A DNA stretch of 64,000 nt, taken from contig MCFE01000067.1 in NCBI GenBank assembly GCA_002104905.1, positions 1 to 64,000 on the forward strand. Reading direction: 5' to 3'. Made by a program: the position numbers and the translations under genes. The stretch is from Basidiobolus meristosporus CBS 931.73. Taxonomy: Eukaryota; Fungi; Basidiobolomycota. Under the pieces are notes generated by a model. It worked only from the letters and a program-made list of their open reading frames with translations, was not told where the DNA came from and ran no database searches. Positions 47,774-59,625 of the stretch are shown piece after piece; within the stretch, counting starts at the first letter, position 1, and every line of letters starts with the position of its first letter.

Positions 47774-48599
47774 AATATTGGAGTCTTGCCATGAAATTAT
47801 AGCAAATTATTGTTTTCTATTCTATGCGTAAATATATCGAATAAATAGTTATGCAAATACATATCATAGCCACCAGGTATAACTCCCGGCTTTTAACGTT
47901 GACAAGGCGGGGAGTTTTGGCTTCGCTGTTAGGATCGTGATATCCTGGTCTCGGCGTTCAACATTGGTTGATTCGATTCCAAGTGCTTGGTTTGGTCTAT
48001 GTCTGACCCAAGGTAGAATTTAGCTGTAGTTGCTTTCCTCAATCGAACATTTCCTTGTATTAACATTGAATGTTGGCATGGCCTATACCATTCTCCCACT
48101 CACCAAGTAATCAGTACCTGGTCACTGCTAGCAGTACGGTGGGCAACGAACAATTGGTCACTGAAGGCCAATAATGTCCAACAAGGTACCTGCATGAATA
48201 CCCAACCCCAACTAGATCCATCCATGAACAAGATGTAAATAAATTAATCCCGATATTTCATAGGATGTTTAAACACTTAACCATAGATCAAATATATTCC
48301 AGTATCGATCCGCTCCCATCGTATCAGACGATTACTGAGCTAGATCTGCGTGTGGAGGATATATAGTCCTCTGGAAGTTGTGTAGCGACCATAGATAATA
48401 TGGAAGTGATGGCACATATCCACAGAGTCATCAGGATGTCCACCGCAAGCATGCTTTTAAATTGAGATATCAAGGGAGTAGAGGGGTTTCCTGACTTCGG
48501 GTTAATTGATAACCGACGCGAAGCGGCTCGAATAGTCGATGAAACTAATATAAAGTAGGTTCAAGTGATCAAGCATAAACGAACTGAAATTAGCCGCAC

Positions 48600-48607
48600 T
48601 GACGTCA
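48600..48607. promoter_or_regulatory. CRE (TGACGTCA), about -190 in a class P promoter
   Basis: Perfect ATF/CREB palindrome at -191; second site TTACGTCA at -134. Confidence 0.65.
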
Positions 48608-48790
48608 AGAACCAACCGGTGCTTCATATGAATTCTCTCAAAATCGAACGTCACCTTTACGTCAATCATCCACTCATCAACCTTGATCGATTCAGGGTTT
48701 GTAGAGCGCGTAGTATAAATGCGTGGTTCGCAACTGCGGAGGGGTCAGAAAACCCAGCCTCACTCATAGCAATACACACCCACCACAAAC

Positions 48791-49081
48791 ATGGACAAAC
48801 TCAACGCTAATGTCAAGTCTGCCTCCGGAGCTGTCAAGGAAAACGTAGGCAGTGCTTTCGGCAACGAGCAGATGCAAGCTGAAGGCAAGGCCACCAGAGC
48901 CGAGGGCAATGCCGAGTACAAGAAGGCCCAGGCTGAAGGATACGCCCAGGGAGCCGGTGAGAAGCTCAAGGGCAGCGTCAAGGATACTGTCGGTAGTGCG
49001 GTAGGCAACGAGCAGATGGAGGCTGAAGGAAAAGCTGGTCGTGCCAAAGGTGATGCTCGCATGAGCGCCAACTCTAACTGA
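48791..49081 (+). CDS. CsbD/Hmp1-like protein, clade A, promoter class P
   Basis: 96 aa MDKLNANVKS...RMSANSN; two CsbD-like repeats; intact. Confidence 0.9.
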   Translation: MDKLNANVKSASGAVKENVGSAFGNEQMQAEGKATRAEGNAEYKKAQAEGYAQGAGEKLKGSVKDTVGSAVGNEQMEAEGKAGRAKGDARMSANSN

Positions 49082-49826
49082 ACCCAGTCATTCAGGAGCG
49101 TTGTAAATAAACTATTTCTAAGCTTTCCCAGTCACATATTGCATGATGTGTACGTATCTGCACTTGTGAATTGCAATACACTATCACTGGCTGAGCTATA
49201 TTGGCATATCTAGCGATTTCTTGGATTGAACCAGATCTCATAATGGATATAGTGGCTTGAGTTGGGCATGTGGGTAATCACGCAATCAGATAGAAAGAAA
49301 CCAGAATCGTCCACGCTGACATCAAGAACCAGAGCTTTATACGAGTTCCATCATGGCAGGACAAATTCCAACTCAATCCATAGGCGAGTCACACGAAAAT
49401 AAACACCCAACATGCATTTCACATGATTCCTTCGACTATCACAAGTAGTATTAGATAACGGTATCAACGGAGATAGTAGTGTATGGAGTATTTGCTCTGA
49501 TCGAACGGGGCATATCACGCTGACGAGTCAACAAATATCGCCTCGGCAACCCTCGGTATTTCCCGATATAAAGGTGGGTTCTTAATCATGGAAAGGCAGA
49601 GCAGGGCTCAACTTGTACTTGACTATGTGGAGGCGCTCTCATCCCGGCAACCGTGATTCTACAACCGAGCCAAGCATACGAATCGACAAATATGTTGTGC
49701 AGCCGTGGGTCAAATACTATTCGAGCCTCGGCACAGCCACCAGTCCAGCACTCAATCATCGTTTAGATCACCACCAAGTAAATAGGGGATGACTTGAATG
49801 GGATTCCTACCTGAGGTGACCAATTT

Positions 49827-49832
49827 CACGTG
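49827..49832. promoter_or_regulatory. CACGTG E-box in class Q promoters (also 50710, 52585, 54479)
   Basis: At -127 in three copies and -139 in one, each followed by AACGTCA and CACATAAATA. Confidence 0.55.
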
Positions 49833-49953
49833 AACCACCTCGAAGTCGAACGTCATGTTGCTGTCATCAGTGATGACCCACCCAACCCAGCACCACATAA
49901 ATACTCTATGTCCGGCCATTCAGAATTCAAATCATTCGTCTATCACTACAAAC

Positions 49954-50244
49954 ATGGATAAAGTCAACGCTAACATCAAGTCTGCCTCCGGAGCTGTCAA
50001 GGAAAACGTAGGCAGTGCTTTCGGCAACGAGCAAATGCAAGCTGAAGGCAAGGCCACCAGAGCCGAGGGCAATGCCGAGTACAAGAAGGCCCAGGCTGAA
50101 GGATACGCCCAGGGAGCCGGTGAGAAGCTCAAGGGCAGCGTGAAGGATACTGTCGGTAGTGCGGTAGGCAATGAGCAGATGGAGGCTGAGGGCAAGGCTG
50201 GTCGTGCCAAAGGAGATGCCCGCATGAGCGCCAATTCCAACTAA
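49954..50244 (+). CDS. CsbD/Hmp1-like protein, clade A, class Q
   Basis: 96 aa MDKVNANIKS; ATG at 49954; intact. Confidence 0.9.
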   Translation: MDKVNANIKSASGAVKENVGSAFGNEQMQAEGKATRAEGNAEYKKAQAEGYAQGAGEKLKGSVKDTVGSAVGNEQMEAEGKAGRAKGDARMSANSN

Positions 50245-50836
50245 ACCCTTCTGATAAGGCTATGTAAATAAAGCTACCCGAGTAATCATAAACTGCACAA
50301 ACCAATACTCAACATATATTCCCAATAATTCTCACTACTATCTCAAGTGATCGTAGTCAACAGAGGTACCAGTGAAATGTGTCGATTCTTTATTTTACTG
50401 ACCCAGTTGACCAGTTGGAATTATATCGTTTTGGTGATTTATGAATTTATCATCCCAGCATTTTCCAGTGGGTAACCTCACGCATTATCCACGAAAGACA
50501 AATTTATATTTGTGGCTTATTCCATTTGGCTCGATGGCCATTCTATAGCTGAGCCAAGCAAACAGATCACCACTCATCAGGTAACCATGGGCCAAATATT
50601 TTTCAAGTCTAAGCGCAGTTACTTATTCAGCACTCAATCATCCATTAGATCACCGCCAAGTGAAAGGAGAGATGACTTCGATCGGATTACTCTGTGAGTT
50701 GACCAACTTCACGTGAACTCATTCGAAATCCAACGTCACCTTACGATCATCAGTGATGACCCACCCAACCCAGCACCACATAAATACTCTACATCCGGCT
50801 AGCGAGAGGTCAAATCATTCCTCTCTGATCACAAAC

Positions 50837-51127
50837 ATGGACAAAGTCAACGCCAACATCAAGTCTGCCTCCGGAGCTGTCAAGGAAAACGTAGGCAGTG
50901 CGTTCGGCAACGAGCAGATGCAAGCTGAGGGTAAGGCCACCAGAGCCGAGGGCAATGCCGAGTACAAGAAGGCCCAGGCTGAAGGATACGCTCAAGGAGC
51001 CGGTGAGAAGCTCAAGGGCAGCGTGAAGGATACTGTCGGTAGCGCAGTAGGTAATGAGCAGATGGAGGCTGAGGGCAAGGCTGGTCGCGCCAAAGGGGAC
51101 GCCCGCATGAGCGCCAATTCTAACTAA
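50837..51127 (+). CDS. CsbD/Hmp1-like protein, clade A, class Q
   Basis: 96 aa MDKVNANIKS; intact. Confidence 0.9.
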   Translation: MDKVNANIKSASGAVKENVGSAFGNEQMQAEGKATRAEGNAEYKKAQAEGYAQGAGEKLKGSVKDTVGSAVGNEQMEAEGKAGRAKGDARMSANSN

Positions 51128-51596
51128 ACTCACCTAATGAGGACATGTAAATAAAGCAACCCTGTTGTTTCTTCATCATATATCTTCTCTCTAGCTCGGT
51201 GTTGTGTACTCCACACGACCCAAGGCATATATTACGATATGATATTCTGCCTAGGATGGAATTCTCACCATTAACATGGTAATCATTTCTATGTGTGCGC
51301 AAATCTTATCTCGGATTCATAACAAGAATTACATCAACTGACTATATATGAGCAATTCCAATTACGGGTCAATATTAATTACCAATCTCACTCTGAACAT
51401 TGCTTGTAACTTTGACGGACCTTGCATGACTTTGTTAGCTAGTCTGCCGGCTGCCTCTAAGGTTGTCCAAGATGTCTTAGATGGCTGTCTCAGCAGCGGC
51501 GATGTTCGTTCATCGAGAATGTGATATAGTTGCTGAGATAGAATTGCTCAAGATAGATATAGGAAAGCAAGCAGAGAGTACCTGAAATTGGCCCAC

Positions 51597-51604
51597 TGAC
51601 GTCA
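51597..51604. promoter_or_regulatory. CRE (TGACGTCA) at -190
   Basis: Same spacing; TTACGTCA at 51653 (-134). Confidence 0.65.
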
Positions 51605-51786
51605 AGAACCAACCGGTATTTGATACAGATACTTTCCAAATCGAGCCTCACCTTACGTCAACCATCCAGTCATGAACCTTGGGCTATGCTAGGTTTGGAG
51701 GTCGTGCAGTATAAATGCGAGGTTCTCAGCTATTGAGAGGTCAGAAAAACCTAACCTTACCCAAACAACCCACACTAACCACAAAC

Positions 51787-52076
51787 ATGGACAAGCTCAA
51801 CGCTAATGTCAAGTCTGCCTCCGGCGCTATCAAGGAAAACGTAGGCAGTGCGTTCGGCAACGAGCAGATGCAAGCTGAAGGCAAGGCCACCAGAGCCGAG
51901 GGAATGCCGAGTACAAGAAGGCCCAGGCTGAAGGATACGCCCAGGGAGCCGGTGAGAAGCTCAAGGGCAGCGTCAAGGATACTGTCGGTAGCGCAGTAGG
52001 CAATGAGCAGATGGAGGCTGAGGGCAAGGCAGGTCGTGCCAAAGGAGATGCCCGCATGAGCGCCAATTCCAACTAA
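51787..52076 (+). pseudogene. CsbD/Hmp1-like, class P, -1 frameshift near 51900 (real or error)
   Basis: 290 nt; GAGGGAATG instead of GAGGGCAATG; otherwise intact. Confidence 0.8.
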
Positions 52077-52723
52077 ACCCATCCGATCAGGATATGTAAA
52101 TAAAGAAGCGCAGTTTTCATAAACTATACAAATCAATGACTAATATATGTTCAGAAGAATTTTCGCTACTATCGAAAGTCATTGTAGGTAACAGACGTGG
52201 AATTAATAATGTGTCGAATTTCTGGTATGCAATGGGCTGGTTAATTCAGCCGGCTAGTTGGACGTATATCCATCTCAAGATGAGTGAATACATAATATCA
52301 GTAGATGTCCACATCTCCCATTGTACAACCATACGCTTAATCAAGCAATGGCATTGTTGTTTCTGGCATATTACATTTGACATATGGAGGTGATCTCATC
52401 CCTGCAACCATGATTCTACAGATGAGCTACTAAAATAGCTCAGCAAATATGTTGGGCAGCAATGGGCCAAATACTACTCGAGCCTCGGAGCAACTACCAG
52501 TCCAACACTCAATCACCCGGTAGATCACTGCCAAGTGAAAGGGGAGATGATTCTGATGAGATTCCTATCTGAGGTGGTCGATTGCACGTGCATATTCATG
52601 TGAAATCCCACAGATTTGAACGTCACTTAGCCGTCATCAGTGACGACCCATTCAACCCAGCACCACATAAATACTCTACTTCCATCCATTCAGAAGTCAA
52701 ATCATACGTCTATCACCACAAAC

Positions 52724-53014
52724 ATGGATAAAGTCAACGCCAACATCAAGTCTGCCTCCGGTGCTGTCAAGGAAAACGTAGGCAGTGCTTTCGGCAACGA
52801 GCAGATGCAAGCCGAGGGTAAGGCCACCAGAGCCGAGGGCAACGCCGAGTACAAGAAGGCCCAGGCTGAAGGATACGCCCAGGGAGCCGGTGAGAAGCTG
52901 AAGGGCAGCGTGAAGGATACTGTCGGTAGTGCGGTAGGCAATGAGCAGATGGAGGCTGAGGGCAAGGCAGGTCGTGCCAAAGGGGATGCACGCATGAGCG
53001 CCAATTCTAACTAA
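52724..53014 (+). CDS. CsbD/Hmp1-like protein, clade A, class Q
   Basis: 96 aa; intact. Confidence 0.9.
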   Translation: MDKVNANIKSASGAVKENVGSAFGNEQMQAEGKATRAEGNAEYKKAQAEGYAQGAGEKLKGSVKDTVGSAVGNEQMEAEGKAGRAKGDARMSANSN

Positions 53015-53533
53015 ACCCACCTGATGAGGATATGTAAATAAAGCAACCCCGTTACTTCTTCAGATTACATCATAAATCCACTCCCAAGCTCCTTTCTGAG
53101 CATATCACATAATCCAAGACTTATGTGCTTTGCTATTCCACCCCGCGTAAGGCCTTTATATCTTGAACTTGGGATAGGCCATGATTTGTGAGGCAAATAT
53201 CACCTCAGATCAGCAGCAACCAAAAGTAGTGAATTTAATGGGGTCAGTACCTCTGCACACGTTCCAGATTGAAAATAATATCATCAAATAGCTCAATATG
53301 GGTGGTTCAGATGAACAGCCAATACCAATCGCTTACCGTACTCTCTAAATCGGTCGTCAATAGGAGAGATCTTGTACGGCTTCGAAATATTTACGCATAT
53401 GCATTAATCACTGGTTTGGAGGCTGTCGCAGAAGTGGAGAAGGTTTGATCAACGGAGGTGGCTGATAAATGAAACATGGATGAATCTGAGGTAGGTTAGT
53501 CATGAAGCAGATGGTAACTGAAATTAGCCATCC

Positions 53534-53541
53534 TGACGTCA
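53534..53541. promoter_or_regulatory. CRE (TGACGTCA) at -190
   Basis: Retained in a promoter that is otherwise visibly diverged. Confidence 0.65.
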
Positions 53542-53723
53542 AGAATTGACTGGTGCATCATATGAATTTTGGCAAGATGGAGCGTCACTACACGTCGATC
53601 ATCCACTCTGCATCATTGACTAAATTAGGATTTGGGGGCCGGGCTGTATAAAACCGAGGTTCTCAGCTCTACAGGGCAAAGAAAACCCAAACTCATTCAA
53701 GACAACCTACATTCACCACAAAT

Positions 53724-54014
53724 ATGGATAAGCTCAACGCTAATGTCAAGTCTGCCTCCGGTGCTGTCAAGGAAAACGTAGGCAGTGCTTTCGGCAACGA
53801 GCAGATGCAAGCTGAAGGCAAGGCCACCAGAGCCGAGGGCAATGCCGAGTACAAGAAAGCTCAGGCTGAGGGATACGCTCAAGGAGCCGGTGAGAAGCTC
53901 AAGGGCAGCGTGAAGGATACTGTCGGTAGTGCGGTAGGCAATGAGCAGATGGAGGCTGAGGGCAAGGCTGGTCGCGCCAAAGGAGATGCCCGCATGAGCG
54001 CCAATTCCAACTAA
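53724..54014 (+). CDS. CsbD/Hmp1-like protein, clade A, class P
   Basis: 96 aa; intact. Confidence 0.9.
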   Translation: MDKLNANVKSASGAVKENVGSAFGNEQMQAEGKATRAEGNAEYKKAQAEGYAQGAGEKLKGSVKDTVGSAVGNEQMEAEGKAGRAKGDARMSANSN

Positions 54015-54605
54015 ACCCTTCTGATAAGGCTATGTAAATAAAGCAGCATGAGTTTTGACAAACCACACAAACCAATACCCACATGTATTCCCAATAATTC
54101 TCACTACTATCTCAAGTGATCGTAGTCAACAGAGGTACCAGTGAAATGTGTCGATTCTTTATTTTACTGACCCAGTTGACCAGTTGGAATTATATCGTTT
54201 TGGTGATTTATGAATTATCATCCCAGCATTTTCCAGTGGGTAACCTCACGCATTAGCCACGAAAGACAGATTTATATTTGTGGCTTATTCCATTTGGTTC
54301 GATGACCATTCTATAGCTGAGCCAAGCAAACAGATCACCACGTCATCAGGTAACCATGGGCCAAATACTTTTCAAGCCTAAGCGCAGTTACCTATTCAGC
54401 ACTCAATCATCCATTAGATCACCGCCAAGTGAAAGGAGAGATGACTTCGATCGGATTACTCTGTGAGTTGACCAACTTCACGTGAACTCATTCGAAATCC
54501 AACGTCACTTTACGATCATCAGTGATGACCCACCCAACCCAGCACCACATAAATACTCTACATCCGGCTAGCGAGAGGTCAAATCATTCCTCTATGATCA
54601 CAAAC

Positions 54606-54896
54606 ATGGACAAAGTCAACGCCAACATCAAGTCTGCCTCTGGTGCCGTCAAGGAGAATGTAGGCAGTGCTTTCGGCAACGAGCAGATGCAAGCTGAAGG
54701 CAAGGCCACCAGAGCCGAGGGCAATGCCGAGTACAAGAAGGCCCAGGCTGAAGGATACGCCCAGGGAGCCGGTGAGAAGCTCAAGGGCAGTGTGACGGAT
54801 ACTGTCGGTAGTGCGGTAGGCAATGAGCAGATGGAGGCTGAGGGCAAGGCAGGTCGTGCCAAAGGAGATGCCCGCATGAGCGCCAATTCCAATTAA
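54606..54896 (+). CDS. CsbD/Hmp1-like protein, clade A, class Q
   Basis: 96 aa; one K to T change; intact. Confidence 0.9.
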   Translation: MDKVNANIKSASGAVKENVGSAFGNEQMQAEGKATRAEGNAEYKKAQAEGYAQGAGEKLKGSVTDTVGSAVGNEQMEAEGKAGRAKGDARMSANSN

Positions 54897-55541
54897 ACCC
54901 ATCCAATTAGGATATGTAAATAAAGCAACCCCGTTACTTCTTCAGATTACATCATTAATCCACTCCCAAGCTCTTTTCTGTGCATATCAGGTAATCCAAG
55001 ATTTATGTGCTTTGCTATGCTACCCAGCGTAGGGACTTTATGTCTTGAACTTGGGATAGGCCGTGATTTGTGAGGCAAACTCTCACCAACCTCACTTATT
55101 CAGGATGTGTAAATAAATTAACCCTGTTGTTTCTTCAAATCAAACCATATATCTTCTATCTAGCTCTGTGCTGTGTACACCATACGACCCAAGGCATATA
55201 TTATATGTAATTCTCCCACCATGAACTTGGTAATCATTTCTATGTGTGCGCAAATCTTTTCTCGGATTTATAACAAGAATTACAGTCAACTGACTAAATA
55301 TGAGCAGTTCCAATTACGGTTAAATATTAATTACCCATCTCACTCTGAAGATTGCTTGTAACTTTGACAGACCTTGAAAGACCTTGTCAGCTAGTCTGCC
55401 GACTGCCTCTTAGATTGTCCAAGATGTCTTAGATGGCTGTCTCAGCAGCGGCGTTCATCGAGAATGTGATATAGTTGCTGAGATAGAATTGCTCAAGATA
55501 GATGTAGGAAATCAAGCAGAGAGTACCTGAAATTGGCCCAC

Positions 55542-55549
55542 TGACGTCA
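55542..55549. promoter_or_regulatory. CRE (TGACGTCA) at -190
   Basis: Same spacing; TTACGTCA at 55598 (-134). Confidence 0.65.
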
Positions 55550-55731
55550 AGAACCAACCGGTATTTGATACAGATACTTTCCAAATCGAGCCTCACCTTA
55601 CGTCAACCACCCAGTCATGAACCTTGGGCTATGCTAGGTTTGGAGGTCGTGCAGTATAAATGCGAGGTTCTCAGCTATTGAGAAGTCAGAAAACCTAACT
55701 TTACCCCAAACAACCCACACACACCACAAAT

Positions 55732-56023
55732 ATGGACAAGCTCAACGCTAATGTCAAGTCTGCCTCCGGCGCTATCAAGGAAAACGTAGGCAGTGCGTTC
55801 GGCAACGAGCAGATGCAAGCTGAAGGCAAGGCCACCAGAGCCGAGGGCAATGCCGAGTACAAGAAGGCCCAGGCTGAAGGATACGCTCAAGGAGCCGGTG
55901 AGAAGCTCAAGGGCAGCGTGCAAGGATACTGTCGGTAGCGCAGTAGGCAATGAGCAGATGGAGGCTGAGGGCAAGGCAGGTCGTGCCAAAGGAGATGCCC
56001 GCATGAGCGCCAATTCCAATTAA
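55732..56023 (+). pseudogene. CsbD/Hmp1-like, class P, +1 frameshift near 55920 (real or error)
   Basis: 292 nt; CGTGCAAGG versus CGTGAAGG or CGTCAAGG in siblings. Confidence 0.8.
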
Positions 56024-56506
56024 ACCCATCCAATTAGGATATGTAAATAAAGATGCGCAATTTTCGTCAAGTACAAGATCTCATAAGCTACATAAATAAT
56101 ATTCACTATTCTCGCAAGTCAGTACATAGCAGGGCAAGTGTTCTCGCCGGCTTAATGAAAGTGCTTCTATCCTGGAAACTAGTCTTCCAGAGCTAAGCAA
56201 AGTATATAACTGGAAACATACGTTTTATGCGACTAAACGCATAAATGAGAATTATGTATAGAAAGCAAACGGAATATATTAAAAATTCATTCACTAAAAA
56301 ATATAGGAGTAAATATAGAGTTAATGATTGGAAATATCTGAACCCTCTATTGATTTCATCGCCATTGCCCAACCAGTTTCTCGGTATTTCATTAAACTCT
56401 AATATACATCAACGCTGACTCCGGGCTTATTAATGGAGTGTTGGAACTGACAAAATTTATTGATTCTACCAGCAAATATGTACATGATTCTCCATGGAAT
56501 ACATTT

Positions 56507-56795
56507 CTAATTCGAATTGGCTTCCATCCGGGCTTCTCCCTTGACACGGCCAGCCTTTCCTTCGGCTTCCATTTGCTCGTTGCCAATGGCACACCAACAG
56601 TGTTCTTGACATTGCCCTTGAGCTTCTCGCTGGCACCCTGAGCATACCCTTCTGCCTGGGCCTTTTTGTACTCGGCATTCCCTTCGGCTCTTCTGGCCTT
56701 GCCTTCAGCTGCATTTGCTCGTTGCCAATGGCACTGCCTACATTCTCCTTGACGGCGCCAGAGGCGGCTTTGACGTTAGCGTTGAACTTGTCCAT
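56507..56795 (-). pseudogene. CsbD/Hmp1-like, clade B (pair 1), two single-base deletions (real or error)
   Basis: 289 nt; deletions near 56708 and 56593 relative to siblings. Confidence 0.8.
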
Positions 56796-57135
56796 AGTGT
56801 TGATAGATCGGTGTTGGTTTGAATGTGTTTGCACTGGTTGTATTGCACGCGTATATATACCAAACGGACCATTGATGGCTTTCGCACTTGATGGTAAGTG
56901 ACGCAACCTAGTAACCAAGGTAATGTGCCGGTACGTGAACCCTAATGAAACAATTAATCTGTCTACCAAATATGGCTAATGAGCACCAGGGTGACATCAT
57001 GGATGGAGTAAGCGCGATTGATTCAACTGCATCATTCTCTGGATTGTTTCCCATAAATACCTACCATTACTTCAAGACAGTCTCAACTATCATTACACTC
57101 TCACATCCTCAAATCAACTCCGATCTAACAACACT
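56796..57135. promoter_or_regulatory. Bidirectional promoter of clade B pairs (homologues 58199-58562, 59626-59966, 61043-61385, 62465-62805)
   Basis: 340-364 bp between divergent ATGs. GTATATATAC on one side and CATAAATA on the other. CRE-like TGACGCAA (56899) and TGACATCA (56992). Confidence 0.7.
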
Positions 57136-57425
57136 ATGGACAAGTTCAACGCTAACGTCAAAGCCGCCTCTGGTGCCGTCAAGGAGAATGTAGGCAGTGC
57201 CATTGGCAACGAGCAAATGCAAGCTGAAGGCAAGGCCAGAAGAGCCGAAGGGAATGCCGAGTACAAAAAGGCCCAGGCAGAAGGGTATGCTCAGGGTGCC
57301 AGTGAGAAGCTCAAGGGCAATGTCAAGAATACTGTTGGCTGTGCCATTGGCAACGAGCAAATGGAAGCCGAAGGAAAGCTGGCCGTGTCAAAGGAGAGGC
57401 TCGTATGGAGGCCAATTCCCAATAG
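57136..57425 (+). pseudogene. CsbD/Hmp1-like, clade B (pair 1), -1 frameshift near 57375 (real or error)
   Basis: 290 nt; GGAAAGCTGG versus GGAAAAGCTGG or GGAAAGGCTGG. Confidence 0.8.
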
Positions 57426-57907
57426 AAATCGAACGCAGCTTCATTCGTACACACTGTAAATTACTTCTTTTCCAAATAAATCAGCGTAGCTATTGTGCCA
57501 GTAATTCATTTGCATAATTGACATATTGGAAAGTTTATCTACGAATGCAAAAATGGGAACAAGCCAGATACATTAATTTGTCCAACTACTGGTGTTTACA
57601 CGCTTTGATAGCTCCTTCTACCTCATAAACTACGACTATGGAATCAACTCTGCAGACATGACGCGTTAAATGCCGCATTAAACCAAGATCGCCACAAAAT
57701 AGCTGGATGGTCTCACAGCTCCGCGTATTTGTGAGCATCTCGAGAATGATGTACTAGTTTTTGACACCGGGGCTTCCAACTCTTCCACTGATACCGATTA
57801 GACCTAGAAAATATCTATGTAGCATATTTGCTCGACTAAGAGTAATTCGCGAGTTTTATTATCCCTCAACATAAGGTATATACACTACATGTAAGTAAAA
57901 TGCACTT

Positions 57908-58198
57908 CTAATTGGAATTGGCCTCCATCCGGGCTTCTCCCTTGACACGGCCAGCCTTTCCTTCGGCTTCCATTTGCTCGTTGCCAATGGCACAGCCAAC
58001 AGTGTTCTTGACATTGCCCTTGAGCTTCTCACTGGCACCCTGAGCATACCCTTCGGCCTGGGCCTTTTTGTACTCGGCATTCCCTTCGGCTCTTCTGGCC
58101 TTGCCTTCAGCTTGCATTTGCTCGTTGCCAATGGCACTGCCTACATTCTCCTTGACGGCACCAGAGGCGGCTTTGACGTTAGCGTTGAACTTGTCCAT
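57908..58198 (-). CDS. CsbD/Hmp1-like protein, clade B (pair 2)
   Basis: 96 aa MDKFNANVKAAS...RMEANSN; intact. Confidence 0.9.
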   Translation of the reverse strand: MDKFNANVKAASGAVKENVGSAIGNEQMQAEGKARRAEGNAEYKKAQAEGYAQGASEKLKGNVKNTVGCAIGNEQMEAEGKAGRVKGEARMEANSN

Positions 58199-58562
58199 AG
58201 TGTTGTTGGATCGGAGTTGATTTGAGGATGTGAGAGTTGCAATGATAGTGTAGAATGTCTCGCAACGGTAAGTATTTATGGAAACAATCCGAATGAATGA
58301 TCGCAGTTGAATCGTAAGTCGACGCTTACTCAGTACCAATGTAATGTGCCGGTACGTGAACCCTAATGAAACAATTAATCTGTCTACCAAATATGGCTAA
58401 TGAGTCACCAGGGTGACATCATGGCATTGGTTACTAGCGGATTGCGTCACTTACCGTTATATCGGGAAGTCCATCAGCATTCAGTTTAGTATATACTTCG
58501 AGACAGCTTGCAATATCATACCTCTGCAACACATCTCAAACCAACACCGATCTATCAACACT

Positions 58563-58853
58563 ATGGACAAGTTCAACGCTAACGTCAAAGCCGCCTCTGG
58601 TGCCGTCAAGGAGAATGTAGGCAGTGCCATTGGCAACGAGCAAATGCAAGCTGAAGGCAAGGCCAGAAGAGCCGAAGGGAATGCCGAGTACAAAAAGGCC
58701 CAGGCAGAAGGGTATGCTCAAGGTGCCAGCGAGAAGCTCAAGGGCAATGTCAAGAACACTGTTGGTTGTGCCATTGGCAACGAGCAAATGGAAGCTGAAG
58801 GAAAAGCTGGCCGTGTCAAAGGAGAGGCTCGTATGGAGGCGAATTCCCAATAG
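58563..58853 (+). CDS. CsbD/Hmp1-like protein, clade B (pair 2)
   Basis: 96 aa ending ANSQ; intact. Confidence 0.9.
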   Translation: MDKFNANVKAASGAVKENVGSAIGNEQMQAEGKARRAEGNAEYKKAQAEGYAQGASEKLKGNVKNTVGCAIGNEQMEAEGKAGRVKGEARMEANSQ

Positions 58854-59334
58854 AAATCGAACGCAGCTTCATTCGTACACACTGTAAATTACTTCTTTTC
58901 CAAATAAATCAGCGTAGCTATTGTACCAATAATCCTTTTGCATAATTGACATATTGAAAGTTTATCTACGATTGTAAATATGGGAACAAGCCAGGTGAAT
59001 TAATTTGCCCAACTACTGGTGTTTACACGTTTTGATAGCTCCTTCTACCTTATAAACTACGACTGTGGAATCGCCTCTGCAGACACGACGCGTTAAATGC
59101 CGCATTAAACCAAGATTGCCGCAAAATAGCTGGATGGTCTCACAGCTCCGCGTATTTGTGAGCATCTCGAGAATGATGTACTAGTTTTTGACACCGGGGC
59201 TTCCAACTCTTCCGCTGATCCCGATTAGACCTAGAAAATATCTATGTAGCATATTTGCTCAACTAAGAGTAATTCGCGAGTTTTATTATCTCTCAACATA
59301 AGGTATATACACTACATGTAAGTAAAATGCACTT

Positions 59335-59625
59335 CTAATTGGAATTGGCCTCCATCCGGGCTTCTCCCTTGACACGGCCAGCCTTTCCTTCGGCTTCCAT
59401 TTGCTCGTTGCCAATGGCACAGCCAACAGTGTTCTTGACATTGCCCTTGAGCTTCTCACCGGCACCCTGAGCATACCCTTCGGCCTGGGCCTTTTTGTAT
59501 TCGGCATTCCCTTCGGCTCTTCTGGCCTTGCCTTCAGCCTGCATTTGCTCGTTGCCAATGGCACTGCCTACATTCTCCTTGACGGCACCAGAGGCGGCTT
59601 TGACGTTAGCGTTGAACTTGTCCAT
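59335..59625 (-). CDS. CsbD/Hmp1-like protein, clade B (pair 3)
   Basis: 96 aa; intact. Confidence 0.9.
   Translation of the reverse strand: MDKFNANVKAASGAVKENVGSAIGNEQMQAEGKARRAEGNAEYKKAQAEGYAQGAGEKLKGNVKNTVGCAIGNEQMEAEGKAGRVKGEARMEANSN

Larger units (their letters stand above)
57136..59625 (+). repeat. Direct repeat, period 1427 bp (57136-58198 versus 58563-59625)
   Basis: Each arm is a plus gene, a ~480-bp spacer and a minus gene. The spacers align closely (AATAGAAATCGAACGCAGCTTCATTCG at 57421 and 58849). Confidence 0.9.
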
